Part shown: positions 20,416 to 33,799 of the stretch, in pieces
How positions within the stretch are numbered: the stretch's first letter is position 1
How the letters are laid out: every line of letters starts with the position of its first letter
Source of the DNA: the human T2T-CHM13v2.0 reference genome, Homo sapiens
DNA: 64,000 bases
Assembly (NCBI RefSeq): GCF_009914755.1
Contig: NC_060940.1
Reading direction: 5' to 3' (one strand)
Made by a program: the position numbers and the translations under genes
Notes under the pieces: model-generated
Told to the model about the DNA's origin: nothing
Databases searched by the model: none
The model's input: only the letters and a program-made list of their open reading frames with translations

Positions 20416-20540
20416 TTTCCTTCTTCCTTTCCTTCTTCCTTTCCTTCTTCCTTTCCTTCCTTCCTTCCTCCCTCCCTTCCTCCCTCCTTCCCTTCCCTCC
20501 CTTCCCCTCCCCTCCCCTCCCCTTCCCTTCCTTCTTTTCT
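20416..20540. repeat. Polypyrimidine (CCTT/CCCT)n microsatellite
   Basis: Read directly; derived from an Alu tail. Confidence 0.85.
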
Positions 20541-20543
20541 TGA

Positions 20544-21102
<559 letters not shown>

Positions 21103-21723
21103 TAGGAGGCATTGACGGTTGTCTGTTAAATGCAGCCGACGGGCCTTCCCCAGAGTAAGCTGGACCATGTATCCGTGCTCCCAAAGAACCCAGAAGTCCC
21201 CTCCTGGGGGCTGACGGCTGGTTTCATTGGAGAAAGTGGAAAAATGTCTTTTGACCACGCCCAGGATAACAACTAAGACCACATAAGACTTAACGACCAA
21301 CCTGTGACCGTGCCATGCCCAAGGCCAGAATTCACGTCCTCAGACCCATCCAGGACCTGGATTGACATCCATTTTGCCCTAATTATTGAAAAGTTGGAAT
21401 GGGCTTTAGACAGCCTCTTAAAATGTAGGTGAGCGTTTGCTTTCACTTCCCACAGAGGGATTTCCTAGCTTGGGTTTCACTGGGCCACGGGCAGCCGCAC
21501 CTTCCTCTGCATCCGTGGGTTTTCAGGACAAACCTGGGCAGGTGTCATGGTGGATCGACCGCGGTGACTTCACAGAGGCAAATCCACACCATGGTTTTTT
21601 CTTTGGTGAAGTTAGCTTTTTATAAAAACTATCTTACAGGCTGGGCAAGGTGGCTCATGCCTGTAATCCCAGCACTTTGGGAGGCCAAGGTGGGCAGAAT
21701 ACAAGGTCAGGAGTTCAAGACTA

Positions 21724-21961
<238 letters not shown>

Positions 21962-23022
21962 CTAAAGCAGGGAGATCTGGAATTCCACTAGCCTGGTTCG
22001 GCTCTTTTCATTTTTCTGAGCTCCTTTGCAGCACCTGGCTGGGCGCCGACGTAGTTTTACAGCATTGAGACTGTAGCCTGGATCACTTTGAAATCTTTTT
22101 CTTTTTCCTTTTCATACAATATCAGGAAATTTTCAGTGAAACAGTTGTCATGAATGTCGCCCTGCAAATGCCCTAATGATCCCTCTGTGGACAGACCAAA
22201 GTTGACCCGTTGGCTCTTGCAGATTCATTTTTGTTTTTTGTTTTTGTCTTTGTCTCACTTGAATGATTTCATTAGGATTACTCCTGAGAAGTAGGATTGC
22301 TGGGCCAAAGGGCACACAGACTTCCCCCTTTCTTAAGGAATTTTGCTAACTTGCTTTGCAAAAGAGCCCCTGACTCTGCATGGCCCCCCGGGGCAGCCGC
22401 GGGTTCCTTTCCCCACAGCCATGCCAGTGCCAGCCTTGAGTCTGCGTGACCTTGAGCCGCAGGGAAGCGGATGAGTGGCCAGCAGCCCTCTGCTCCTGCC
22501 TCCTCACTGTGTGCACGCCTTTCTGCAAATGCCGCTGCCCGCTGCCGTGCGCTCCGCTTCCAGACAGTAATTGTTACAAGACCTCTAACTGCCTCGACGA
22601 CCACATGGCCCTTAAAAATGGTCATTTCCCCCGTGAGCATTTTCTCTTCATCGAAACCACTTTGTTTATACTTGCTGGTGACAGTGTGACTGTGGACTTG
22701 CCTCCAGTTTGGTTTTCTCCCTAGTTATTAAAAAAAAAAAAAATGGTGCCAACCTTGGCAGCCAAGGCTGAAGCAAGGGGGTGGTGGGCATGAAGCGATG
22801 ACCCCACGGAGGATGTCCAGGGACAGGTGCAGCTGGTGGCTGCAGATTACAGGCATGCACCACCTCGCCCGGCTAATTTTTGTATTTTTAGTAGAGACGG
22901 GGTTTCGCCATGTCGGCCAGGCTGGTCTCCAACTCCTGACCTCAGGTGATCCTACCGCCTCAGCCTCCCAAAGTGCTGGGATGACAGGCATGAGCCACCA
23001 TGTTCGGCCTTAAGTGCACTCA

Positions 23023-23280
<258 letters not shown>

Positions 23281-23401
23281 TCATTAAGAGCCAGGTGAAG
23301 AGATTCCTGCACGTGCAGGTGGTGTATGAGCCACCTGAGGAGCCTACTAGAGACCCCAGGTGAGCTCCTCAAGGATAATGGTATTAAGCACCTGTACCAG
23401 G

Positions 23402-23594
23402 TGCTGCTGGAATTGAGGGTTATTCCCCCACCTCGGCCTCCCTCCCTCCTCGCTGCCCGTGGCTGCTCCTGGAATTGGGGGCTATTCCGCCTCCTCGGCC
23501 TCCCTCCCTCCCGGCTGCCCGTGGCTGCTCCTGGAATTGGCCGCTATTCACCCTCCTCGGCCTCCCTCCCTCCTACCTGCCCGTGGCTGCTGCT
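23402..23594. repeat. 62-bp GC-rich minisatellite, ~3 copies
   Basis: cctcggcctccctccctcc recurs at 23431, 23493 and 23555. Confidence 0.92.
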
Positions 23595-23653
23595 GTCTCC
23601 ACTGGTGGGTGAGGGGAGGGGCTGGGACTGAGTGAGCGGTTTCTGCCCTGCAG

Positions 23654-23786
23654 GTATCGCTCTCCGGGGTTCCATGTGCAGTCCTGGTATGACGAGGTGA
23701 AGGACTACACCTACCCCTACCCGAGCGAGTGCAACCCCTGGTGTCCAGAGAGGTGCTCGGGGCCCATGTGCACGCACTACACACAG
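23654..23786 (+). CDS. CRISPLD2: Exon 4 (CAP domain: SWYDEVKDY...CTHYTQ)
   Basis: ctgcag|GTAT...CAG|gtaact; 133 nt, phases 2-0; CAP signature HYTQ. Confidence 0.97.
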
Positions 23787-24278
23787 GTAACTCGGGGACT
23801 TGCCACGACCTCAGCCCTGCCCCCCAATCCCAGTCATTCACCCCCTGCCCCTGGGGGATTGTCAAATCTGTAAAGCCTCTGCGCTGTTGTTGCCTTCATT
23901 TTTAAAAATTCAGTTCTATACAGAGTACAGCTGGGAGAAGAAGCTGTTTGTTACCAGCAAGGTCAGAAACTGAGTGAGCACTACAAACTCTTTTTTTTCT
24001 TTGAGGCAGTGTCTCCCTGCTACCTGGGCTGGAGTGCAGTGGCATGATCTTAGTTAGCTTAGTGCAGCCCCAAACTCCTGGGCTCAAGCAATCCTCCCAC
24101 CTCAGCCTCCTGAGTACCTGGGACTACAGTTGTGCACTACGAGGCCTGGCTAATTTTTGTATTTTTTTTTTTTTTTTTAGAGATGGGTCTGGCTATGTTG
24201 TCCAGGCTAGTCGCAAACTCCTGGGCTCATGCAATCCTCCCCGCTCAGCTTCCCAAAGTGTTGGGATTACAGTTGTGA

Positions 24279-24629
<351 letters not shown>

Positions 24630-24836
24630 TGACAGGCGTGAGCCACCGCACCGGCCCACTTGCTTTGCTTTTTAAGAAAATGTATGTATCTTCAATGGGT
24701 TAGGGACTAATATCTGCTTCCCCAACCCTTCACCTCGTACCTCTTTAGTGCCAGCACCTTATACATCCAGGCCAAATGATATCACCCTTTTGTGCCTTAT
24801 CCCTCGAGCTGTGACACACAAATGTCATCTTTTCAG

Positions 24837-24952
24837 ATAGTTTGGGCCACCACCAACAAGATCGGTTGTGCTGTGAACACCTGCCGGAAGATGACTGTCT
24901 GGGGAGAAGTTTGGGAGAACGCGGTCTACTTTGTCTGCAATTATTCTCCAAA
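24837..24952 (+). CDS. CRISPLD2: Exon 5 (CAP domain: [12 protein letters not shown]...VCNYSPK)
   Basis: tttcag|ATA...CAAA|gtaaga; 116 nt, phases 0-2. Confidence 0.97.
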
Positions 24953-25019
24953 GTAAGACAAGTTGATGCCGTTGTATGGGGTGGGGGTTGGGATGTGTTT
25001 GCTTGCCAGGGAGCACCCA

Positions 25020-25330
25020 GTGAAAACTGGCTTGAGCAGCGAAGTCTTTAATATCTCACATAACAAAGAATCTAGAGTTTAGTGCATCTGGGTTAGCGTA
25101 ATAGCTAAGCAGTGTCAACAAGGACTCGGGTTCTTTCCGTCTTCCTGCCGTACCATTCTCTCCTCATGGTCCCAAGATGGCTGCACAGCACCAACATCAC
25201 ATCTCCCCAAGCACAAGGAAGGATGGTCAAAGGGCTCTCTCCTTAGGTCTTTTGCACACTGGCATACTTTCTCCTTATGTTCTTTGCCAGAATTAGACCA
25301 ATCATAGATGAGGGGGAAAAAGATTGCCCC
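25020..25330. mobile_element. Old MaLR (MLT1J/K-like) LTR fragment
   Basis: tctcacataac...gggttctttcc...cctcatggtcccaagatggctgc motif; highly diverged. Confidence 0.5.
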
Positions 25331-26183
25331 AACTGGCTTTGCAAGACGTCCTCTGGGACCAACTGAACAAAGTCAGAAGTGGGAATAGCTGCTGGCTGGG
25401 CAACCAGCATGGTCTGCCCTGGCAGTATGATTATTTTTCTCTGAAAACATGCAGTAGACAGCACCCTAGAAAACACATGTTCACACAAAGCCTAGCTTCT
25501 CTGTTTCCCTCCAAAGAGGGTCCACATGCGGCCTCCTGATCATGGTGCCTCCTCCGCCTATAGCATGCTCAGCTCATCAGTGTGGTGTCCAGCCCTTGAC
25601 TCATTTGCTCATGGGACAAATATGTGCTGATTCTTGGAGAGTCACTCCCCCAGTTCATGGCCTGAGGTTTGCATGCTGGCCGCTGGCCACCGCCGTTCTT
25701 GCCCCGTGCCCTGTGTAGAGTGGGCCCCGGGGCATGTTTGCTCAGTGACTGAATGAAATGGGAATGACCTCATTTATTTGTTTTGGGTCAGGAGTAGTTA
25801 TGAAAAGGTGGGATGAAGGGGGAATCGCTGAGGTTGGGAGGAAAAATAGAAGCCCTCTCAAAACCATCTGGTGTGCCTGCGGTGGCGTGGCGCGGCTCAG
25901 CAGCCCACATGGATGAGCGCAGCGGGTGTGTCATTGCCTGGGAGGGACGCAGGCACCATGCAAGAGCAGCAGACTGGTCCAAGGTGGTGGAATTCCTGGC
26001 CCAGTGGCAGGTGGTGAATGAGGAATCATTTGACTTGACTCTATAAAAAATAGACACTAGAAGGTCCTATCAGAAATGAAATTATTTCCTTCTGTAGCTG
26101 CCCCCTGCTTCCTTAAAAGAAGGAATAACCTCCATATGGTAAAATATACTCATCTGAAGTATACAGTGCGACACAGTCTCACA

Positions 26184-26548
26184 TGCATTAGTCTGTTGGG
26201 GCTGCAACAACAGAGGCCACAGCCTGGGCAGCTTACACATCAGACTTTTATGTCTCACCATTCTGGAGGCTAGAAGTCCCCTGGACCAAGGGGTGGCAGA
26301 TCAAGGTGTGGCAGATCAAGGGGTGGCAGCATCGGGCTCCAGTGGGAGCTCTCTTCCTGGCTCACCAACGGCCACTATCTTACATGGTGGTGAGAGATGA
26401 GGACATCAATCCTATTGGGTCAGGACTTCACCTGTTGACGTCGTTTAACCTTAATTAGTTTCATCAAGGCCCTGTCTCCAAGTACAGTCACATTGTGGGT
26501 GAGGGTTTCAACACTGGGATTTGGGGAGACACATAATGAAAGTCCACG
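26184..26548. mobile_element. MaLR solo LTR (MLT1A-like) containing a 15-bp x3 repeat at 26287-26329
   Basis: ttctggaggctagaagtcc...aaggccctgtctccaagtacagtcacatt. Confidence 0.7.
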
Positions 26549-27037
26549 GCAATAGCCCTCTACCCGTGTAACTACCATCCAGATGGAGATGGACAGTGTC
26601 TCCCATGCCCCAGAGGCTCTCTCGTGCCCTACAAAGTGCCCACCATTCTAGCATCTTTCCCATCGGTCTGTGGTGTCTGGTGTGGGACCTCATATGAAGG
26701 GGGCCACACAGCACACTCCCTGTACCCCCAAATGGTGTTTTGCTCAACATCACATTGGTGAGGTCTCCCCGTGGTGTTGCGTGATCACCGGTTCTTTCCT
26801 TTTGTCTGCTGCATATTACTGCGTGCTGTCCATGGCCTCTGTCTTAGAGAGAGGGCTTGAGCCCCTGGGCTATGCAGGACACTGTCCCAGGCACCAGGGT
26901 GAGGAGGGTGGCTGGGAGGGTGAGTTTGGGTGTGGGGGGGGTCAGATCCCTTGAGGGGGATTCCCAACCCGACAAGGGGTGGGGTGGGTGTGTACACAGA
27001 GGGCCTTGTGTGTGAGGGAAGGTACTTCACGGTGCTA

Positions 27038-27407
<370 letters not shown>

Positions 27408-28997
27408 TTAGGGTTGAGCTGGGAGCGTCAGTGGTGTGGTTTGTCTGAGGAAATATAGAACCGTAGACACAAGGGGAAACTTGGCAGGGGCAGTGGGACG
27501 TACCCACGACAGGGCCACGATCATCTGAGAAACCTACTGGGCTTCACCCAGAGACAGGATGGGCTCTGGGACCTCTCGGTCCCTTGGTGATGTTCTTTTT
27601 GGGGGAGTCATCCCGAAGACCCCCGGGGATCTGAACAGACGATTTCTGAGCAGGGATGTCTTGTGGCATGGCACGGACGCGATCATTCTGCCTCCGGAAT
27701 GTGAGAGGGTGGAAGAGGCTGTGTGCACGTCATAACAGTGCCCAGTCAGACAGTGGCCAGCCCTGTCCTCCCCACACTGCACGGCCCACTGTCCCTCCCC
27801 TGCCCACAGGCCCCTCGGTGAGGCCAGGGTGCTTCTGGGGCCGCGGGAAGTTCTAGGCCACTCTTGTAAGGACGGATGCCTATCAGACCCAGAGCGTGTT
27901 TCCTGCCGTTTGTCTTTGGCCAGCACTGGCAGGGCCCCTCCCCATCTTCCCTGGAAAGCATCAGAGCGTTCCCCGCACAAGCCTGTGGATTTCCCCAACG
28001 CTCAGAGCACAGCCTTCCCCGTGAGTCAGGTGCCGGTCCAAGGGCTTCCCCACGGTCACTCCCTCAGTCTCACAGCAGCCCTGCTGCCGTGATCCCATTT
28101 TACAGAAAGGGAGACCGAGGCTGGGGCTGGAGGAGGCTGGCCGAGGGCACATGCTGGCAGCCTGGGGCCCAAGCCGGGGAGCCTGCTCTTCACAGCCCAG
28201 GAGCCGCAGGAAGGGCCTGGGGATTCCGCTCACCACCTCTACCTGGCCCCTGGAGAAAGCCTATGGTGCGGCCTCCAGTTTTCCTGCCCCTGGGAACTCC
28301 GGAGGGAGGCAGAGGGCAACTGTGACCCAAGAGGGACCTTTGATCCAGCCCCTAGAGTAGAGTGTGCCTAAGGCTCTGAGCCGGACAGCCTGTGTTCAAA
28401 TCCCAGCCCCGCCACTTGCTTGTCCTGTGACCTGGGGCAAGTCACTTAACCTCACTGTGCCACAGTTTCCTCCTCTGCAAAAATATTGAATTCCAGCTCT
28501 TCCCTCCTGGGGTGTTGGGGAGATGGGGTGAGGAGTGCAGTGAAGGCACAGACCAGGGATGGTGTGTGGTAAAAACTGGGAAACGCAAGCCGTCTCTGGG
28601 ACAGGCTGGCTTTACACATTTGAGAAATGGCTTAAAAGGGGGTCCTGGCAGCTTTTCAGCGCTAAGGTGTTGTGATCTAGGGGCCCTAACAGTGTTCAGA
28701 GCTGTGTTGGTGGAAGGGGGGCCACGGGGCTGACAGCCAGCCAGGGCAAAGGTACTGTGTGGAAGGGCATCTTGTAGCTCCCTTCTGCAGAATCGCTGGG
28801 ATTCTGGAGCTCTCTAGACTCTCTGTGCACGGGAGAGGCCTGGGATAGCCATCTTTCCCGCTTCCCACAGCACACAACCTTCCCCCCTGACCTGTCAGTG
28901 GCGGTGTTCAGGGACTCACGTGGGCCTTGGAAGAGGATCAGTCCCGAGGCCTCACGTCGTGGTTCCCTCTGACGGTTGTTTTTGGGTCTGTCCTCAG

Positions 28998-29098
28998 GGG
29001 GAACTGGATTGGAGAAGCCCCCTACAAGAATGGCCGGCCCTGCTCTGAGTGCCCACCCAGCTATGGAGGCAGCTGCAGGAACAACTTGTGTTACCGAG
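28998..29098 (+). CDS. CRISPLD2: Exon 6 ([33 protein letters not shown]; CAP end and cysteine hinge)
   Basis: tcctcag|GGGG...CGAG|gtagga; 101 nt, phases 2-1. Confidence 0.97.
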
Positions 29099-29435
29099 GT
29101 AGGAAATTTACTCCCAACACTTTTGCAATGAATTTGCCCTCAGTCTGAGTCATGCGACAGCGTTACATGAAACAGGGGAATTAAAGAAGTCAGTCACCCC
29201 TCCTGGCCCTATTTAAGACGCTCTCAGCACATTCCTCCCGCCTCCGTGATGAGCTGAGCCTCATCTCCAGGGTCTAGGCTCAGCTTCCAGGCCCCTGGAG
29301 AGCCCCACTGCCCCGAGACATGGCTTCCCATGGGCATCTCCTGTGCCGGGCTCTGCAGATGCTGGACACAGCATTAAATGCAGACGCACTGCTCACCCTC
29401 GTTAGCATTCACAGTTTCATATAAAATAGGCCACG

Positions 29436-29508
29436 GGCTGGACATCGTGGCTCACACCTGTAATCCCAGCACTTTGGGAGGCTGAGGCAGGAGGACCATA
29501 TGAGGCCA
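29436..29508 (+). mobile_element. 5' fragment of an AluJ split by HERV-L
   Basis: ggctggacatcgtggctcacacctgtaatcccagcactttgggagg...tgaggcca stops at the proviral TSD. Confidence 0.9.
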
Positions 29509-29964
29509 TGTATTAGGGTTCTCTAGAGGGACAGAACTAATAGGATATATATAAATATGTATATATGAGTTTATTAAGGAGTATTAAACTCACGTGATCA
29601 CAAGATCCCACAATAGGCCATCTGCAAGTTGAGGAACAAGAAAGCCAGTCTGAGTCTGGAGGTGGAACAACTTCAAGCCCGATGTTTGAGGGCAGGAAGC
29701 ATCCAGCACGGGAGAAAGATGGAGGCTGCTCCCAGTCTCCACCTAAGTCAGTCTAGTCTTTTCACATTTTTCTGCCTGCTTTATATCCTAGCTGCACTGG
29801 CAGCTGATTAGTTGGTGCCCACCCAGATTACGGGTGGGTCTGCCTCTCCCAGCCCACTGACTCAAATGTTAATCTCCTTTGGCAACACCCTCACAGACAC
29901 ACCCAGGATCAGTGCTTTGCATCCTTCACTCCAATCAAGTTGACACTCAGTATTAACTATCACA
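29509..29964 (-). mobile_element. 3' LTR of HERV-L (MLT2A, 456 bp)
   Basis: Homologous to 35554-35978; minus-strand TATAAA at 29780-29785 and AATAAA at 29570-29575; preceded on the minus strand by the PPT. Confidence 0.9.
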
Positions 29965-29976
29965 AGTCCACCCCTT
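29965..29976 (-). other. Polypurine-tract-like sequence of HERV-L
   Basis: Minus strand AAGGGGTGGACT directly abuts the 3' LTR. Confidence 0.75.
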
Positions 29977-30386
29977 GTCAACTTGAACCCATACACATCT
30001 CCTGAGATCATACATAATCTTCAAATAAAGACAATAATAAGATCATAATTACACTAACATAATACAACCATCCTTCGTAAAACTGGAAACTCACCAATCC
30101 CCAACCCAAATACTATGACATAAAGTTAACAATACTTAAATGCTGATATGAAGTTAATAAATCTTATGTCCCATGATGAAGGAAAAAGGAAATAACATGA
30201 AGATATTTTCTTAGTACAAGTGTATACATGCACAAGCAAGTTTTTAACAAAAGAAGGAGGAAATACTCATAACAATTACAGTCCTCATATCTGCAACTGG
30301 TCACGTGGTTATAGCTGGTATTGATGACTACCTTCTTCTACTGCCCATTCTGTATTCCCTTTGCCTTCAGCAAGCACCTCAGCAGG

Positions 30387-30863
30387 TCATGGTTTTTTTC
30401 CTGGTGGAGTGACCCAAACCTTCATTCCTAAAGGGTCTGGACCATTTGTAGTCCTGCCTGGATTAGGCTGTTGTAGTTTCCCATTGACCTTAATCACAGG
30501 GCATGGTAATACTAAGAGATGCCCTAAGGGAGCTCCTGTATTCCACGCATACTCTTCCTTACCTCCACTGTGGAGCGGTAGACTGATTTCATCTTGATGA
30601 TCCATGTCACTCACCCCAGCCAACACTGTAACTCCCTTCTTAGCCTGTTGACTTAAGGGGAGGAGGAGCCCAAAGTGTCCAGGTGGCAACCTTAACTTCC
30701 AGTTTAATGGGATTGCTGCTATGTCTCCTGGTGGCAGCGTTCCTCCCTCTGGAACTAAGACCTCTAGGCCAGCAGAATGTAATGTCACAGGAACAGGAAG
30801 CAAAAATTTTGCTAGTGGGTCACTAGGGGTGAGGGTGAGTGATGCCATTTCCACTTCCACCCC
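30387..30863 (-). pseudogene. HERV-L dUTPase remnant
   Basis: SAGLEV...IPLNWKLRLPPGHFGLLLP...GVTVLAGVSDMDHQDEI; dUTPase downstream of IN is diagnostic of ERV-L. Confidence 0.88.
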
Positions 30864-31600
30864 TTAATTCCTGAACTCGTGAATATTGGCTATGGGAGAA
30901 ACAATCCCACATATTGGATGCTGATTGAGGGCATACATGGCCTTCTGGAGAACTTTGCCCCAGCCCTGCCAAGTATTGTCACCTAGTTGGCATTGTAATT
31001 GTGACTTCAAAAGGCCATTCCACTGTTCTATCAATCCAGCTGCTTCAGAATGTTGGGGAACATGGTAAAACCAGTGAATTCCATGAGCATGAGCCCACTG
31101 CCACACTTTTTTAGCCATAAATTGAGTGCCTTGGTCAGAAGCCATGCTGTGTGGAATACTATGACGGTGGATATGGCATTCTGTGAGTCCACGGATGGTA
31201 GTCTTGGCAGAAGCATTGCACGCAAAATGGGTAAACCTGTATCCAGAGTAAGCATGTGTTCCAGTGAGGACAAACCTCTGCACTTTCTGTGATGGAAGAG
31301 GTCCAATGTAATTAACCTGCCACCAGGTAGCTGGCTGATCACCCCGAGGAATGGTGCCATATCGAGGGCTCAGTGTTGGTCTTTGCTGCTGGCAAATTGG
31401 GCACTCAGCAGTGGCCATAGCCAGGTCAGCCTTGGTGGGTGGAGGTCCATGTTGCTGAGCCCATGCATAACCTCCACTCCTGCCAACACGGCTACTTTGT
31501 TCATGGGCCCATTGGGCGATGACAGAGGTGACTGAGGAAAGAGATTGAGTGGTGTCCACAGAATGAGTCGTCCTATGTACTTGACTAATAAATCCTCCTC
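30864..31600 (-). pseudogene. HERV-L integrase remnant
   Basis: CPICQQ zinc-finger half, WQVNYIGPLP (first catalytic D replaced by N), SDQGTQF, GLIEQWNGLLK. Confidence 0.9.
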
Positions 31601-33407
31601 TGCTGAGGTCACCTTTTGGTGAGCATTGACATGGGATACAAACATCTTCACAGTTCGTGACCACTCAGAGAGATCCATCCACATCCCTCTTTCCCAAATT
31701 TCTCTGTCGCCAATTTCCCAGTCATGCTTCTTCCAAGTCCCTGACCATCCAGCCAAACCACTGGCTACAGCCCATGAATCAGTATATAATCGCACATCTG
31801 GCCATTTCTCCTTCCATGCAAAGTGTACAGCCAGGTGCACTGCTCGAAGTCCTGCCCACTGGGAAGATTTCCCTTCACTGCCATCCCTCAAGCATGTCCT
31901 AGAAAGGGGCTGTACTGCCGCAGCTGTCCACTATCAGGTAGTGCCTGCGTATCATGCAGAATCATCTGTGAACCAGGCCCTAGTCTTTTTTCATCTGTCA
32001 ACTGATCATAGGGAACTCCCCATGAGGCCATTGGTACAGGCTGGGGGAAAGAAGGCAGGGTGGCAGCAGTGGAGACCATGGGCAGTTGAGCCACTTCCTT
32101 ATGTAACTAACTTGTGCTTTCAGGACTTGCTTGAGCTCAATCACACATATGCCACTTCCATTTGATGATGGAATGCTGCTGTGCACGACCCGCTTTATGG
32201 CTCGATGGGTCAGAAAGCACCCAGTTCATGATGGGCAGTTCAGGTCACATGGTGACTTGATGACCCATAGTCAAACGTTCAGTTTCCACCAAAGCCCAGT
32301 AACAGGCCAAGAGCTGTCTCTCAAAAGGAAAGTAGTTATCTGCAGAAGATGGCAGGGCCTTACTCCAAAATCCTAGAGGCCTCTGCTGTGATTCACCTAT
32401 GGGAGCCTGCCAGAGGCTCCAAACAGCATCCCTATCTGCCACTGACACCTCAAGCACCATTGGATCTGCTGGGTCGTATGGCCCAAGTGGTAGAGCAGCT
32501 TGCACAGCAACCTGGACCTGTTGCAGAGCCTTCTCCTGTTCTGGACCCCACTCAAAACTGGCAGCCTTTTGGGTCGCTTGATAAATGAGCCAGAGTAACG
32601 CACCCAGATGAGGAATGTGTTGCCTCCAGAATCCTAATTGGCCCACTAGGCGTTGTGCCTCTTTCTTGATTGTAGGAGGGGCCAAATGCAGCAACTTCTC
32701 CTTCACCTTAGAAGGAATACCTTAACAGGCCTAACACCACTAGACCCCTGTAAATTTTACCAAGGTAGAAGTTTCCTGAATTTTAGTCAAATTTATTTCC
32801 CATCCTCTGGCACACAAATGTCTCACCAATAAGTCCAACGTGTTTGCTACTTCTTGCTCACTGGATCCAATCAGCAAAATGTCTTCAGTGCAATGGAGCA
32901 GTGTGATATCTTGCAGAAGCGAAAGCAATCAAGTTCTCTCTGAATCAGATTATGACACAAAGCTGGAGAATTGATATACCCCTGAGCTTAGGACAATAAA
33001 GATACATTGCTGGCCTTTCAGCTGAAGGCAAATTACTTCTGGTGGGTCTTACGGACGTGAATGGAGAAAAAGGCATTTTCCAAGTCAGTGGCTGCATACC
33101 AGGTACCAGGAGATGCGTTAATTTGCTCAAGCAATGAAACCACATCTGGTGCAGCAGGTGCAATTGGAGTCACCACTTGGTTAAGCTTGCGATAATCCAC
33201 TGTCATTCTCCAAGATCCATCTATCTTCTGCACAGGCCAAATGGGAGAGTTGAACGGGGATGTGGGAATCACCACCCCTGTGTCTTTCAAGTCCTTGATG
33301 GTGGCACTAATCTCTGCAGTCCCTCCAGGGATGCGATATTGTTTTTGATTTACTATTTTTCTAGGTAGGGGCAGCTCTAATGGCTTCTGTTTGGCCTTTC
33401 CCACCAT
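31370..33407 (-). pseudogene. HERV-L reverse transcriptase, tether and RNase H remnant (frameshifted)
   Basis: [21 protein letters not shown] and DLENAFFSI motifs; YxDD decayed to CTED; RNase H DGS...SSQWAGL...LYTDS. Confidence 0.9.
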
Positions 33408-33517
33408 AATAGCCCTCCCTTACCTGTCAGGGAGCCAAAGTGGGGGTTCTGCCAGCTGCTAAGTATGTCTATGCCAATTATGCATTCTGACACTGGGGAA
33501 GTGACCACAGGATGAAT

Positions 33518-33793
33518 CTAGGGACCCACTGTAAGCCAGACCTGAGCTAAAACTCCATTAATTACCTGACCTCCATAAGCCTCTACTTTAACTGGAGGAC
33601 CACAGTGATGTTTTGGGTCCCCTGGAGTCAACACCTGCTCAGAGCCAGTGTCCAGTAGTCCCCAAAATGTCTGATCATTTCCCTTTCCCCAGTGCACGGT
33701 TTCCCTGGTACAAGGCCAGAGGTCTCCCCGGGGAAGTATGGGAGAAAGATGAACAGCATAAATTGTCAGTAGCGTAGTGGGGTCCTTCCTCAA
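33518..33793 (-). pseudogene. HERV-L aspartic protease remnant
   Basis: LLDTGSE catalytic motif. Confidence 0.85.
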
Positions 33794-33799
33794 GGGGAC

